From positions 1,536,001 through 1,600,000 of the forward strand of contig CBDDCX010000008.1 of the NCBI GenBank assembly GCA_965226375.1: 64,000 nt of DNA. The letters are read 5' to 3'. The notes beneath the pieces were generated by a model. The model searched no databases and was not told the origin of the DNA. It was given only the letters and a program-made list of their open reading frames with translations. Shown piece after piece: positions 40,479-51,782 of the stretch (its first letter is position 1; every line of letters starts with the position of its first letter). Made by a program: the position numbers and the translations under genes. This stretch comes from Longimicrobiales bacterium (GTDB taxonomy: Bacteria; Gemmatimonadota; Gemmatimonadetes; Longimicrobiales; Gaopeijiaceae).

Positions 40479-41587
40479 TACCCTTTCGCGGCCATCGAAT
40501 TCAACAAGTCCAACACCAAGCTTTCGTCCACGGCCTGACTCCAGGAATCATCGGCGCAGTGTACCGTCCCGCTCCGAGTGAGAAGCACGAACCTCGGTCG
40601 GCCGTGTCGGGTCTTCTTGTCGAGCCTAAGATACGACATGATCTCGCTCGGCGCGGCCCCACCGGGTAATTCAAGGCCTATCCCGAGAGTTTCCGTGATC
40701 CGGGCGAAACGTTCGGCGACACCACTTTCGGTCACACCCAGTACCTGCCCCAGACGGGCCTCCAGATACATACCCAGGGCAACGGCCGTCCCATGAGGCA
40801 TCTCGTACGCCGAGGCAGCCTCGACGGCATGGCCCAGAGTGTGCCCGAAGTTGAGGATTTCGCGCCGCCCCGATTCGTGCTCGTCTGCGGAGACCACCTC
40901 CGCCTTCAGCTCAACGGAGCGGGCGACGGCCCGCTCGACCGCCCCAACCTCGCCGTCCAGCAGGGCCGGCATGTTCAACTCCAGATCCTCGAGGTAGAGA
41001 TCGTCCATGATGGCGCCGTGCTTCACGGCCTCTACCAGACCCTGCGCGCGCTCCTCGCGTGGTAGGGTACGGATCACATCCGGATCCGCCACCACGAGGT
41101 TGGGGGCATGAAACGCGCCCACCAGGTTCTTGCCCACCTCGACATCCACCCCAGTCTTACCACCGATGGACGCGTCGATCATGGCCACCAGGCTTGTCGG
41201 CACCTGCACGACGGGCACTCCCCGCATGTACGTAGCAGCCACGAATCCAGCTAGGTCCCCCACCACCCCGCCACCGAGTGCGACCACGCATGAATCCCGG
41301 CCATAGCCTCCGGCGAGCAGGCCGTCCGTGAGGTCCGCCCAATGCGCTCTGGTCTTATGCCGCTCTCCCGCCGGAAAGGAAAACAGGTCGGCCGCGAGGC
41401 CCGATCCACGTAGAGCCTCCAGCACGGCGTTGCCATACAGTCCGGCCACGGTGGAATCGGTGATGAGGGCATAACGATGTGCCGGCGCGTGGTCCGCGAG
41501 TAGGTCTGGAAGAGCGGCGAGCAGACCACTCCCGACGAGCACCCGGTAGTCGGCGGCCTGCCCTCCAGCGCGCACAGTGGTCACCAT
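40478..41587 (-). CDS. aroB: 3-dehydroquinate synthase
   Basis: GGGVVGDLAGF, DASIGGKT, KNLVGAF, LNFGHTLGHA, HGTAV. Confidence 0.96.
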   Translation of the reverse strand: MVTTVRAGGQAADYRVLVGSGLLAALPDLLADHAPAHRYALITDSTVAGLYGNAVLEALRGSGLAADLFSFPAGERHKTRAHWADLTDGLLAGGYGRDSCVVALGGGVVGDLAGFVAATYMRGVPVVQVPTSLVAMIDASIGGKTGVDVEVGKNLVGAFHAPNLVVADPDVIRTLPREERAQGLVEAVKHGAIMDDLYLEDLELNMPALLDGEVGAVERAVARSVELKAEVVSADEHESGRREILNFGHTLGHAVEAASAYEMPHGTAVALGMYLEARLGQVLGVTESGVAERFARITETLGIGLELPGGAAPSEIMSYLRLDKKTRHGRPRFVLLTRSGTVHCADDSWSQAVDESLVLDLLNSMAAKG

Positions 41588-41609
41588 CGTACCCGGAGTG
41601 TCACGACAC

Positions 41610-42827
41610 TCAGTGTCCTGTCGGTCCCGCGAGAGACACTTCCACGTCCGGGGCGCCCCCGATCACGAGACGCACGGCGGGGCGGTCGGCCACCTCGATC
41701 GCGCCGACGGCAGCCGCCACTGGAAATCCACTCAGGTTCGGACCCAGCGCATCGACAAACCGGTCGCGCTGACCCTGGCTGTCCCAGACGCTCACCCAAA
41801 CCAGAGCGCGCATCCCCTCGTCGTTCTCGAGGAGGAGATAGCGGTCGCCGTCCCATCCCTCCGCCGGGGCTCGAGATCCCGTGTGCGTTTCCAACAAGAT
41901 TCCGGTCTCCAGCTCACCCAGGCTGTCGTCGTAGAGCCCGCTCCACCCCGCAGGTGCCCCCAGCTCCACGGTCACCGGCAAGTCCGGCTCATCGCCCAGA
42001 AACCTCTCGGGGTGGAGAATATGCTCGGTCGACGAGGGTAGCCGCGAACCGAAGGGTGGGGGACGTCCCGGCTCCTGCTTCCAGAGAGCCTCCACGAACG
42101 ACGCTCCGCCGAGGTACGGAAAGAGAAGCGACTCCTGCAGCACCAGAGGCGCCCCGGCCAGAGCGGGCGACTCGGTCCGTGCCGCCTCGAGGGCGGGGCG
42201 CACAAGATCGGTGAAGTTGGTCATCTCGGTCAGGTCGACCGAGCCCCCTTGCAGCGCCATGAGGAACTCGAACATGACCAGGGTAGCGTGACCTTCTATG
42301 GCCGCCTGAGCCGCCACCTGTCGGTCATTCCCCAGGTCTGCATCGGTAATCGCGTCCAAATCCGTGCTCTGATCCTGGATCGCGTGAACGAGCTCGTGGA
42401 CCAGAAGTGACTCCAGGGCGTCCTCGGGCTGATCGTCCAGAACGAATAGCGTGGTGGAATCCGGATCGTAGAAGCCCGCGACCTGCTCCAGATAGAGCCC
42501 CTTGAGGACCGCCCGCAAGTCCATGTCTAGTGGCACCATCCCGAGTAGTCCATAAGACGCTGTGATGAGCTCGGCCTCGTCGGCCGGAAGTTCCTCGTCG
42601 AGTTTGGACTCCAGATAACGCTCCAACTCACTACGTGTCCGGCGCTCGAGGCGCACCGGCGCCAGAAGCTCGAGACCGGCACGATCGGCGAGATCGGGCA
42701 GGAGCCTGGCCGCAGCGCGGGCCAAAGTCGGGTCCGACGACGTGACCAGGGCGGCGCTCGGCTCCGCCTGGTCTGCGGCGCACGCGTAGCACGCCAGAAA
42801 CACGAGCATCATCATGAGTGGTTTCAT
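41610..42827 (-). CDS. Exported hypothetical protein with HEXXH metallopeptidase-like motif
   Basis: Signal/lipobox (CYAC), VAGFYDP, VHELVHAIQDQ, AIEGHA. Confidence 0.75.
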   Translation of the reverse strand: MKPLMMMLVFLACYACAADQAEPSAALVTSSDPTLARAAARLLPDLADRAGLELLAPVRLERRTRSELERYLESKLDEELPADEAELITASYGLLGMVPLDMDLRAVLKGLYLEQVAGFYDPDSTTLFVLDDQPEDALESLLVHELVHAIQDQSTDLDAITDADLGNDRQVAAQAAIEGHATLVMFEFLMALQGGSVDLTEMTNFTDLVRPALEAARTESPALAGAPLVLQESLLFPYLGGASFVEALWKQEPGRPPPFGSRLPSSTEHILHPERFLGDEPDLPVTVELGAPAGWSGLYDDSLGELETGILLETHTGSRAPAEGWDGDRYLLLENDEGMRALVWVSVWDSQGQRDRFVDALGPNLSGFPVAAAVGAIEVADRPAVRLVIGGAPDVEVSLAGPTGH

Positions 42828-42861
42828 CCTTGTCGCTCCACGCCCGGGTCGGGCACGCGGA

Positions 42862-43227
42862 TCACTCCCCCGCCGGAGCCCGGCCGTATCGATCGTCGAG
42901 GCGCACCACGTCGCCGAGATGAGGGGTCGAGGCCTCGAGCACATCACAATCCGTAACGGCCGTCATGCGATGGATTGTACCGGCGCGAACGTGGTAACTC
43001 TCCCCGATCTTCAAATCGATGTCCTCGAGTAGATCGGGAGAAGCGCCCGCCTCGAATCTCATTTCGCCTGAGAGCAAGTGAATGGTCTCGTCCTTTTGCT
43101 CATGGTACTGCAGGGAGAGGGCCTCGCCGGCCCTGATATGGAGAGTTTTCCCCACGTACTCTTCGGTTTCGGCCCAGATGAGCTCGTGGCCCCAGGGTTT
43201 TTCTACGCGCGTCGGAGTTCGTTTCAA
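42862..43227 (-). CDS. Cupin protein (mannose-6-phosphate isomerase type II C-terminal-like)
   Basis: VEKPWG, LSLQYHEQKDET, IHRM, DVVRLDDRYGR. Confidence 0.85.
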   Translation of the reverse strand: MKRTPTRVEKPWGHELIWAETEEYVGKTLHIRAGEALSLQYHEQKDETIHLLSGEMRFEAGASPDLLEDIDLKIGESYHVRAGTIHRMTAVTDCDVLEASTPHLGDVVRLDDRYGRAPAGE

Positions 43228-43401
43228 GGTCGGGCTCAGCCGGCTTCGGCCTCAAGGGAATGCAGCGACTCGATCTAAGGACGGCCTTCGGCAGGGACAG
43301 TGCCAAGGGCTCCGACCCTGGTCAAGGGCCCATCGGCTCGGTCCCGGCTCACGAATTGCGGTCTAAACCCGGCGGCGGCGAACGTCTCGGCAGCGACTTC
43401 G

Positions 43402-43417
43402 TGGCATGAAAGCTGCA
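43402..43417 (+). promoter_or_regulatory. Possible sigma54 (-24/-12) promoter upstream of PBP1A gene
   Basis: TGGCATGAAAGCTGCA = GG-N10-GC with good flanks, in a 320-bp intergenic region. Confidence 0.4.
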
Positions 43418-43545
43418 CTACTCGGGAGACGACATCGATGGAGGGACCCTCGTGGTCCCAGCCCGGTACTCTGTCTGCGAGCGTCGTGCATCGGGCGCGC
43501 GCACACCAGGCCGGGGCCTTCTATGAACCGACGGAGAACGGATCA

Positions 43546-45696
43546 GTGATCAAGAAGCTATGGCGACCCCGGCTATTCCTTCTCTCGGGATTCCTGCTGG
43601 TCGGGGTCGGGTCGGGAGTGGCTTGGGGATCCTGGCAGAACATCTGCTCCGACTGCCCCTCCATCGCCCAGATCCGGACCTTCGAGCCGGAGCAGACCAG
43701 CAAGCTCTACAGCCACGACGGTAGACTGCTTGCCGAAATCGGCATCGAGCGTCGCACCCCCGTCTCGATCAACGCGCTCCCGGACTACGTGCGGCAGGCC
43801 TTCGTGGCCGTGGAGGACAAGCGCTTCTACAACCACGGCGGCATCGATGTGCGGGGAATCGCCCGCGCCGTGGTCGGTGTGCTGACCGGGCAGAATCTGG
43901 GTGGAGGCAGCACCATCACGCAGCAGCTCGCCCGGAACATGTTCGACCAGATAGGCTTCGAGCGACGCATTTTCTGGAAGCTGATCGTTCGGAAGCTCAA
44001 GGAACTCCAGGTGGCCTTCGCGCTCGAGCGGGCGTATACGAAGGACCAGATCCTGGAGGCCTACATCAACGAGATCAACTACGGCCACGGCTGGTGGGGT
44101 ATCCAGACCGCGGCCCGAAACTACTTTGCCAAGAACGCCTCGGAGCTGAATCCGGCTGAGACGGCCCTCCTCGCCGCCATTCCCAACCGGCCGGCTTCGT
44201 ACAGTCCCCTGCTCCGTCCCGACAACGCGAAGCGGCGCCGGGACCTCGTACTACGTCGGATGGTCGAGCAGGGCTTTCTTCCCGCTGAAGACCTGGAGCG
44301 ATACACGTCGGCCCCCGTCCCGACCGAAAGGGCTGTGGCGGGCGGCAGCATCGCACCGTACTTCGAGGAGTGGGTCCGTCAGATTTTGGACGACCGCTTC
44401 GGGAGCAAGCTCTACACGGCCGGCCTACGGGTCTACACCACTCTGGATGTCCGCATGCAGCGGACCGCTGAAGTCTCGATGCAGGAGGGGTGGGCACGCA
44501 TCGAGGCGCGGCCCGGGTTCGAGCACCTGAGCTACGAGGCGTACCAGGATTCCGTGGCCGCAGATGTCGACATGACCGAGCTGAAATACGTCCAGGGGCT
44601 CTTCATATCGCTCGATCCCTGGACGGGCTCGGTCCGGGCCATGATCGGCGGACGAGACTTTCAGGTGTCGAAGTTCAACCGCGCCACCCAGGCGCTCCGG
44701 CAGGCGGGTTCCGGCTTCAAGCCGTTCGTCTACACCGCCGCCATCGCCGCGCGCATCCCTCCCACGTTCGTCGTGGTGGACGCGCCGGTCGTAACCATGC
44801 AGGTCGACGGTACGGAGTGGAGACCCGCGAACTTCACAGAGCGGTTCGAGGGGCCGATGACCATCCGCACGGGGCTCATGAAGTCGCAGAACATCATCGC
44901 CATCAAACTGGCCGACGAGGTGGGACTCGAGAGCGTAGCGCAGACGGCGCGGCGCATGGGCATCCGAAGTGAGATCGAGCGCTTTCCGTCGACCGCTATC
45001 GGGGCAGCCGAGGTGATCCCCCTCCAGATGGCGGAGGCGTACTCCACGTTTGCCAACCAGGGTACCAAGGTGCGTCCCTTCCCCATTCTGAGGGTGGAAG
45101 ACGCCCAGGGGCGCATCATTTGGGATCCACAGCCCGAGCGTACTCAGGTACTGGACCCGCCTGTGGCCCGCATCATGACCTCCATGCTGCAAGGCGTGGT
45201 AGACGGGGGCACCGGGAACATCGCCGTCCGTATCGTGGCGGGTCTCAACCGAGAGGTAGTCGCTGCGGGTAAGACCGGCACGACGAATGACGGGACCGAC
45301 GTTTGGTTCAACGGCTTCACCCCCAACCTGCTCGCCACCGTCTGGTTCGGGTTGGATCTGCCTCAATCTATTCGACGCGGTGGAGCCACGGGCGGCGGTG
45401 ATGCCGCTCCCGTCTGGGGAAACTTCATGCGCCGCATCTACTATGGCGACCCGGAGTCGCTCGACGAGGAGATGCGCGAGCCGGTTCTACCCATCCCGGA
45501 GCCGTGGCCGCTCCCCGATGGCCTCGTCACCCGGCTGATCGACAAGACGACGGGCAAGCTCGCGTCTCAGTGGTGCCCCCAGGGGGACCAGATCCTGGAG
45601 ATCTTCCTGCCGGGAACCGAACCTACCGAGTACTGCGACCGTGACGACTCCCGTCTCTTCCGCATTCCCTCGGATATCGGCGACAGCGGAAACTGA
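43546..45696 (+). CDS. Class A penicillin-binding protein (PBP1A family)
   Basis: EDKRFYNH, GGSTITQQL, RKLKE (transglycosylase); SGFK, SQN, KTG (transpeptidase). Confidence 0.95.
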   Translation: MIKKLWRPRLFLLSGFLLVGVGSGVAWGSWQNICSDCPSIAQIRTFEPEQTSKLYSHDGRLLAEIGIERRTPVSINALPDYVRQAFVAVEDKRFYNHGGIDVRGIARAVVGVLTGQNLGGGSTITQQLARNMFDQIGFERRIFWKLIVRKLKELQVAFALERAYTKDQILEAYINEINYGHGWWGIQTAARNYFAKNASELNPAETALLAAIPNRPASYSPLLRPDNAKRRRDLVLRRMVEQGFLPAEDLERYTSAPVPTERAVAGGSIAPYFEEWVRQILDDRFGSKLYTAGLRVYTTLDVRMQRTAEVSMQEGWARIEARPGFEHLSYEAYQDSVAADVDMTELKYVQGLFISLDPWTGSVRAMIGGRDFQVSKFNRATQALRQAGSGFKPFVYTAAIAARIPPTFVVVDAPVVTMQVDGTEWRPANFTERFEGPMTIRTGLMKSQNIIAIKLADEVGLESVAQTARRMGIRSEIERFPSTAIGAAEVIPLQMAEAYSTFANQGTKVRPFPILRVEDAQGRIIWDPQPERTQVLDPPVARIMTSMLQGVVDGGTGNIAVRIVAGLNREVVAAGKTGTTNDGTDVWFNGFTPNLLATVWFGLDLPQSIRRGGATGGGDAAPVWGNFMRRIYYGDPESLDEEMREPVLPIPEPWPLPDGLVTRLIDKTTGKLASQWCPQGDQILEIFLPGTEPTEYCDRDDSRLFRIPSDIGDSGN

Positions 45697-45733
45697 ATGG
45701 CAGGGGCCGACGGCCCCGACCTGAAGGACCTCG

Positions 45734-45982
45734 CTACCTGGTCTCGAACTTCTTTCGTGCACCTCGCACCGCGTCGTCCACCCTGGACTTCACGTCTTCC
45801 GCGAAGTCGTCCATCTGATCCGTCGCGGTCTCCCTGATCTCGCCGGCGACCCGACGAATCCTGCGACGGGTACGGTTCCCCGCCTCGGGAGCCGTGAGGA
45901 GGGCGATGCCCGCGCCGACGACGGCCCCCAGCAGAAACCCCGACACGAAGTTGATGGCGTTGGCGTCTTGATCGTATTGCAT
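45734..45982 (-). CDS. YtxH-domain protein
   Basis: FVSGFLLGAVVGAGIALLTAPEAGNRTR. Confidence 0.85.
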   Translation of the reverse strand: MQYDQDANAINFVSGFLLGAVVGAGIALLTAPEAGNRTRRRIRRVAGEIRETATDQMDDFAEDVKSRVDDAVRGARKKFETR

Positions 45983-46151
45983 CGTCCACTCCTGGAATTC
46001 AGTCCACTTGGCCAGTCGTCGTCCGGACGGCGGCGCCCCCCCACCACGGGTTGTTCCCCGGCACCGGAATGGGTCGGCCCGGCCCAATTCGGGTGTATAT
46101 TGAGCGCCGGACCGATGTACCTAATCTATCCCAACCCTTCGTAAGGGGGAT

Positions 46152-46577
46152 ATGCGCGTCCTGGGAATCGATTTCGGCGAACGAAGGGTGGGTGTCGCGA
46201 TCAGCGACCCGACGGGGGTGATCGCCCAACCACTCCCCACTCTCCAACGGCGTAGGGGCAAACGTATGCCCCTACGGGCTCTCGAAGAACTCGTAGAAGA
46301 GTACGGAGTCGAGGCCATCGTCGTGGGTCTGCCGCTGGCCCCCTCGGGCCACGACACGGACTGGACGCGTGAGGTGAGGGATACGGCAGAGAAGCTGCAC
46401 GAGCGGTCGGGCCTGCCGGTCCATCTGGTGGACGAGCGGTTCACATCAGTCCGCGCCGAGCGGGCAGTCCGGAGCATCGGCCTCCCGAAAAAGAAGAAGG
46501 AAGAAAAAGGCCGGATAGACGCCGCCGCCGCCGTGCTGATCCTCCAGAGCTGGCTCGATAGAGCGGGACGCTCATGA
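46152..46577 (+). CDS. ruvX: YqgF/RuvX family nuclease
   Basis: LGIDFGERRVGVA, VVGLP, DERFTS, IDAAAAVLILQ. Confidence 0.95.
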   Translation: MRVLGIDFGERRVGVAISDPTGVIAQPLPTLQRRRGKRMPLRALEELVEEYGVEAIVVGLPLAPSGHDTDWTREVRDTAEKLHERSGLPVHLVDERFTSVRAERAVRSIGLPKKKKEEKGRIDAAAAVLILQSWLDRAGRS

Positions 46578-47584
46578 CACCGTCCGTGTTCCGGAAATCC
46601 GCCCAGTTCGGCGTGCACGCGCTTCTGGTGACCTCCGTCCTTTCCGGCTGTGGTGCCGATGAGCCGAACGAACCGGTACGCATCACCGTGCCGGCCGGTG
46701 TGACGTTCGCGACCGTCCTGGACACGCTCGTGGAGCGTGGCATCGTGCGCGGACCTCGCCGATTCGGACTCTACGCCCGACTGAAGGGCGCCGATCGTCA
46801 GATTCGTTCCGGGGACTACGATCTGACACCGGGCGGTTCTTGGGGGCAGATCCTGGAGACCCTCACGACCGGTCGGGTAAGCACGGAAGTGATCACGATC
46901 CCCGAAGGGTTCACGCTGGCCGACATGGTCGCTCGGATCGCCGGGGTGACGGAGGAGACTCCGGAGAGCGTCGCAGCACGCCTGGCCGATGCGACGGCCC
47001 ATGAACGCTGGGGAGTGCCCGGTCCCGGGCTCGAAGGCTACCTCTTCCCGGACACCTACCGCTTCGCGAGGGGAGTCGATCTCGACGTCATCGTAGGAGC
47101 CATGGTCGGGCAGTACCACTCTGCCTGGACTCCAGAACGGATGTCCAGACTCGACGAGCTCGAGATGAGCGAAACGGAGATCGTGACCCTGGCCTCCATC
47201 ATCCAGGCTGAAGCGCGGCAGGTCGGGGAGATGCCCACCATCTCGGCGGTATATCACAACCGCCTTAGGCTAGGGTATCTCCTCCAGGCAGATCCGACCG
47301 TGTTGTATGCCCTGGGAGGTCGGCGCGAACGCCTGCTGTTCGCAGCCATCGACTCCGTCGCGGACCATCCCTACAACACCTACACTCAGCGGGGCCTACC
47401 CCCAGGACCCATCGGGGCGCCTGGCGACGCGGCGCTACAGGCCGCGCTCTATCCCTCCGACGACGGGTACCTCTACTTCGTAGCGCGCCCGGACGGCAGC
47501 CACCTGTTCACGAACAGCCTCGAGGAACACAACCGGGCAAGGGGCGTCGCTCGCAGAGAGTGGGACGCGTCGAATCGTCCATAG
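46574..47584 (+). CDS. mltG: Endolytic transglycosylase MltG
   Basis: TIPEG, LEGYLFPDTY, LASIIQAE, LQADPT, PYNTY, GLPPGPI. Confidence 0.95.
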   Translation: MTPSVFRKSAQFGVHALLVTSVLSGCGADEPNEPVRITVPAGVTFATVLDTLVERGIVRGPRRFGLYARLKGADRQIRSGDYDLTPGGSWGQILETLTTGRVSTEVITIPEGFTLADMVARIAGVTEETPESVAARLADATAHERWGVPGPGLEGYLFPDTYRFARGVDLDVIVGAMVGQYHSAWTPERMSRLDELEMSETEIVTLASIIQAEARQVGEMPTISAVYHNRLRLGYLLQADPTVLYALGGRRERLLFAAIDSVADHPYNTYTQRGLPPGPIGAPGDAALQAALYPSDDGYLYFVARPDGSHLFTNSLEEHNRARGVARREWDASNRP

Positions 47585-48225
47585 TGAACCGGTCCGAACT
47601 TCGTAGACGGCTGCGTCTGGTTGTGATCACGGACGAAGCTTTGGCCGAACCGCTCGGGGTCGACCACGTGATCAGACAAGCGTTGGCAGCGGGAGCACCC
47701 GCGATACAGCTGAGGGCCAAGGACGCCAGCGCGCGCGCGCTCACGGCCACGGCCCGGCGGCTCCTTCCCATGGTGCGCGAGGCAGGAGCCCTCTTCTTCG
47801 TGAACGATCGGCTCGACGTGGCCCTGGCCACCGGAGCCGACGGGGTCCATCTCGGGCCCGACGACCTTCCGGTCGGGGATGTCCGGTCTGCCGCTCCTGC
47901 GGACTTTATCGTGGGTTACTCGACCGACGATCCCGAAGAGGCCGCGAGGGCCGAAGGCGAAGGTGCCGACTATCTCGGCTCGGGCACCGTATATCCGACC
48001 GCCCACAAGTCCGATCCGGGCGCGGTAATCGGCCCTCCGGGCCTACAGCGCGTCGTGGCGGCCGTATCAATCCCGGTCGTGGGAATCGGCGGCATCACAC
48101 CGGACAATGCGGACGCCGTGGCGGGAGTCGGGGCCGACGGAATCGCGGTGATCGGGGCCGTCATGAGCGCCCCCGACCCGGGAGAGGCTGTACGGAGACT
48201 CCTGAAGGCGTTCGGGACGCCCTGA
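47584..48225 (+). CDS. thiE: Thiamine-phosphate synthase
   Basis: IQLRAK, VNDRLDVA, GVHLGPDD, VGIGGI. Confidence 0.93.
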   Translation: MNRSELRRRLRLVVITDEALAEPLGVDHVIRQALAAGAPAIQLRAKDASARALTATARRLLPMVREAGALFFVNDRLDVALATGADGVHLGPDDLPVGDVRSAAPADFIVGYSTDDPEEAARAEGEGADYLGSGTVYPTAHKSDPGAVIGPPGLQRVVAAVSIPVVGIGGITPDNADAVAGVGADGIAVIGAVMSAPDPGEAVRRLLKAFGTP

Positions 48226-48263
48226 ACCCGCACGGGGCCACGCCCCGGGCATCCCCCCTCCCC

Positions 48264-49082
48264 CTACATCCCCCCCGCTTCCAACAGCTTGGCCACTTCG
48301 TCTTCCGTAACGAAGAAGTCCCCCAGCGACGCGCCACTGTCGGGCGTATGCCAGTCCGACCCACCGGTCATCAATAGGTCAGATGCCCTGGCCGCCTGCT
48401 CGAGTGCCAGAATCTGATCGGGCCGCGACCGCGGCCGATAGACCTCCAGGCCACGGAGTCCAGCCTGAACCAGATCAGGCAGCACCCGAGAGCGGCCGGC
48501 AAGCGGCGGATGAGCCCAAACTGGAATCCCCCCGGAGTCCAGGATGACCTGAATGGCTTCGGCAGGGGTCGACAACCGCGTCGGGACGTGAGCCGGGTGC
48601 CCATCGCCGATCAGGCGATCGAAGGCATCGGGTGTCGAAGATGCATATCCCTTGGCCACGAGCACCCGGGCCAGGTGAGGGCGGGCGATGGCAGAGCGAT
48701 CCGGCCCCGCCTCTTCCAGGACGTCGTCATACTCGATCAGAAGGCCCTGCCGGCGCAGGCGGTCGACCATCTCCATCATCCGCCGCTCGCGCCCCTCGAG
48801 CGCCATCCGCTCGTGACCCTTGAGCGCTGTTGCGTCCGGATCCACGAAGTATCCCAGGATGTGGTATTCCGAGTCCTGGAGGGTGCTGCTCATTTCCACA
48901 CCCGGAATGACGTGTACGCTGTGGCCGGCCGCCTCCTCGATGGCCTTGGGTAGCCCCGCCACCGTGTCGTGGTCCGTGATCGAGATCACGTCCAGGCCCG
49001 CCCGGCCGGCAAGCGAGACCACCTCCTTCGGGTCACACGCTCCGTCGGACGCCGACGTATGTACGTGAAGATCCAGCTTCAT
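48264..49082 (-). CDS. PHP-domain phosphoesterase
   Basis: DLHVHTSASDG, ITDHD, HILGY, AHP, GGSDWH. Confidence 0.92.
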   Translation of the reverse strand: MKLDLHVHTSASDGACDPKEVVSLAGRAGLDVISITDHDTVAGLPKAIEEAAGHSVHVIPGVEMSSTLQDSEYHILGYFVDPDATALKGHERMALEGRERRMMEMVDRLRRQGLLIEYDDVLEEAGPDRSAIARPHLARVLVAKGYASSTPDAFDRLIGDGHPAHVPTRLSTPAEAIQVILDSGGIPVWAHPPLAGRSRVLPDLVQAGLRGLEVYRPRSRPDQILALEQAARASDLLMTGGSDWHTPDSGASLGDFFVTEDEVAKLLEAGGM

Positions 49083-49098
49083 ACGTCACCACGGAGCG

Positions 49099-49430
49099 TC
49101 AGGCTTCGCCCCCCATCTCCTCGAAGATGGCGTCCACATCGACCCGTGCGCCCGAGGGCAGATCCTCCGGGGGTTCCGAGCCGGCATATTCCGTGAGGAT
49201 GGTCAGCTCGCGACCCTCCACCTTCAGCACGCCTCCCGCCACGTAGAAGCGCTCGCTCCCACCGGAAGGCAGATCGATGGACAGCTCTCCCGAGCCGAGC
49301 AGCGCGATCATCGGAGCGTGTCCGGGGAGCACCCCCACCTTTCCGTCCCAGGCCGGTGCAACCACCGAAGCGGCCGCGCCCTCGAACAAAAGCTCCTCGG
49401 GGGAGACGACCCGAACGTTGAGTTCGGCCA

Positions 49431-49431
<1 letters not shown>
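49099..49431 (-). CDS. atpC: ATP synthase epsilon subunit (no C-terminal helical domain evident)
   Basis: VVSPE, GVLPGHAPMI; last gene of the atp operon. Confidence 0.9.
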
Positions 49432-50891
<1,460 letters not shown>

Positions 50892-51752
50892 CTACTCGAG
50901 GGCGGCGGCGCCACCCACGATCTCGGCGATCTCCTGAGTGGTTTTGCCCTGACGGGCCCTGTTGTATGTGCGTGTGAGGTGCTCGAGCACGTCACCGGCG
51001 TTGTCGGTTGCACTCTTCATGGCCGTTCGCCGAGCACCCTGCTCTGCGGCGGCGTTCTCCACCAACGCGCGGTACGTGGCGTTACGGACGTATGCTGGAA
51101 GCAGCCGCTGAAGAAGGAGCTCGGCCTTCGGGCTGAGGAGGTAATTGTCCAACGATGCGGACCCGGCCGTTGGGCGAATCGGCAATAGCTCCTTCACCCC
51201 GGGCGGGGTCGACAGCGCCGACCGGAATTTGGAGCTGACCAGGTGGACCGCGTCGACGCGGCCCGCCGCAAAATCGTCTCGTACTCCGGCGATCACCGAC
51301 TCCGCGTCATCCATCGACGGGCTGTCGCTGATGTCGACGTTGCTCGACGCGATCTCACGCCCTCGGAAACGGAAGTAGGCGATCCCCTTCTTGCCCACGA
51401 TGTGGAGGTCCGTCTCGACCCCTTCGCCCTCGAGGCGCTCCAGGAGAAGTCGCGTTTCCTTGATCAGGTTGGCGTTGAAGCCACCCGCCAGCCCGCGGTT
51501 GGCGGTCATGAGAAGCACCGCGGCTCGCCTTATGCGTTCCGGGCTACGAAGGAGTGGAAAGTGCTCGGCCAGTTCGGGTGCGTACAGGCTTGCGACCACT
51601 TCCGCCAACGCGTCGGCGTACGGCACGGCCGCCCGGACCCGATCCGTGGCCTTCTTGAGCTTGGACGTGGCCACCAACTCCATCGTCCGCGTGATCTGTC
51701 GGGTATTCTCTACCGACTTGATCCGCCTTTTGACGTCGCTATCACCTGCCAT
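50892..51752 (-). CDS. atpG: ATP synthase gamma subunit
   Basis: QITRTMELVA, RGLAGGFN, AMKSATDNA, TQEIAEIVGGA. Confidence 0.97.
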   Translation of the reverse strand: MAGDSDVKRRIKSVENTRQITRTMELVATSKLKKATDRVRAAVPYADALAEVVASLYAPELAEHFPLLRSPERIRRAAVLLMTANRGLAGGFNANLIKETRLLLERLEGEGVETDLHIVGKKGIAYFRFRGREIASSNVDISDSPSMDDAESVIAGVRDDFAAGRVDAVHLVSSKFRSALSTPPGVKELLPIRPTAGSASLDNYLLSPKAELLLQRLLPAYVRNATYRALVENAAAEQGARRTAMKSATDNAGDVLEHLTRTYNRARQGKTTQEIAEIVGGAAALE

Positions 51753-51782
51753 CGGCTAGCTCCCCTCGCCCTCTCGGCCGGC

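Noticed and set aside
47584..48225. TPP riboswitch for thiE
   Set aside because: thiE overlaps the mltG stop, so there is no leader and no aptamer motif.
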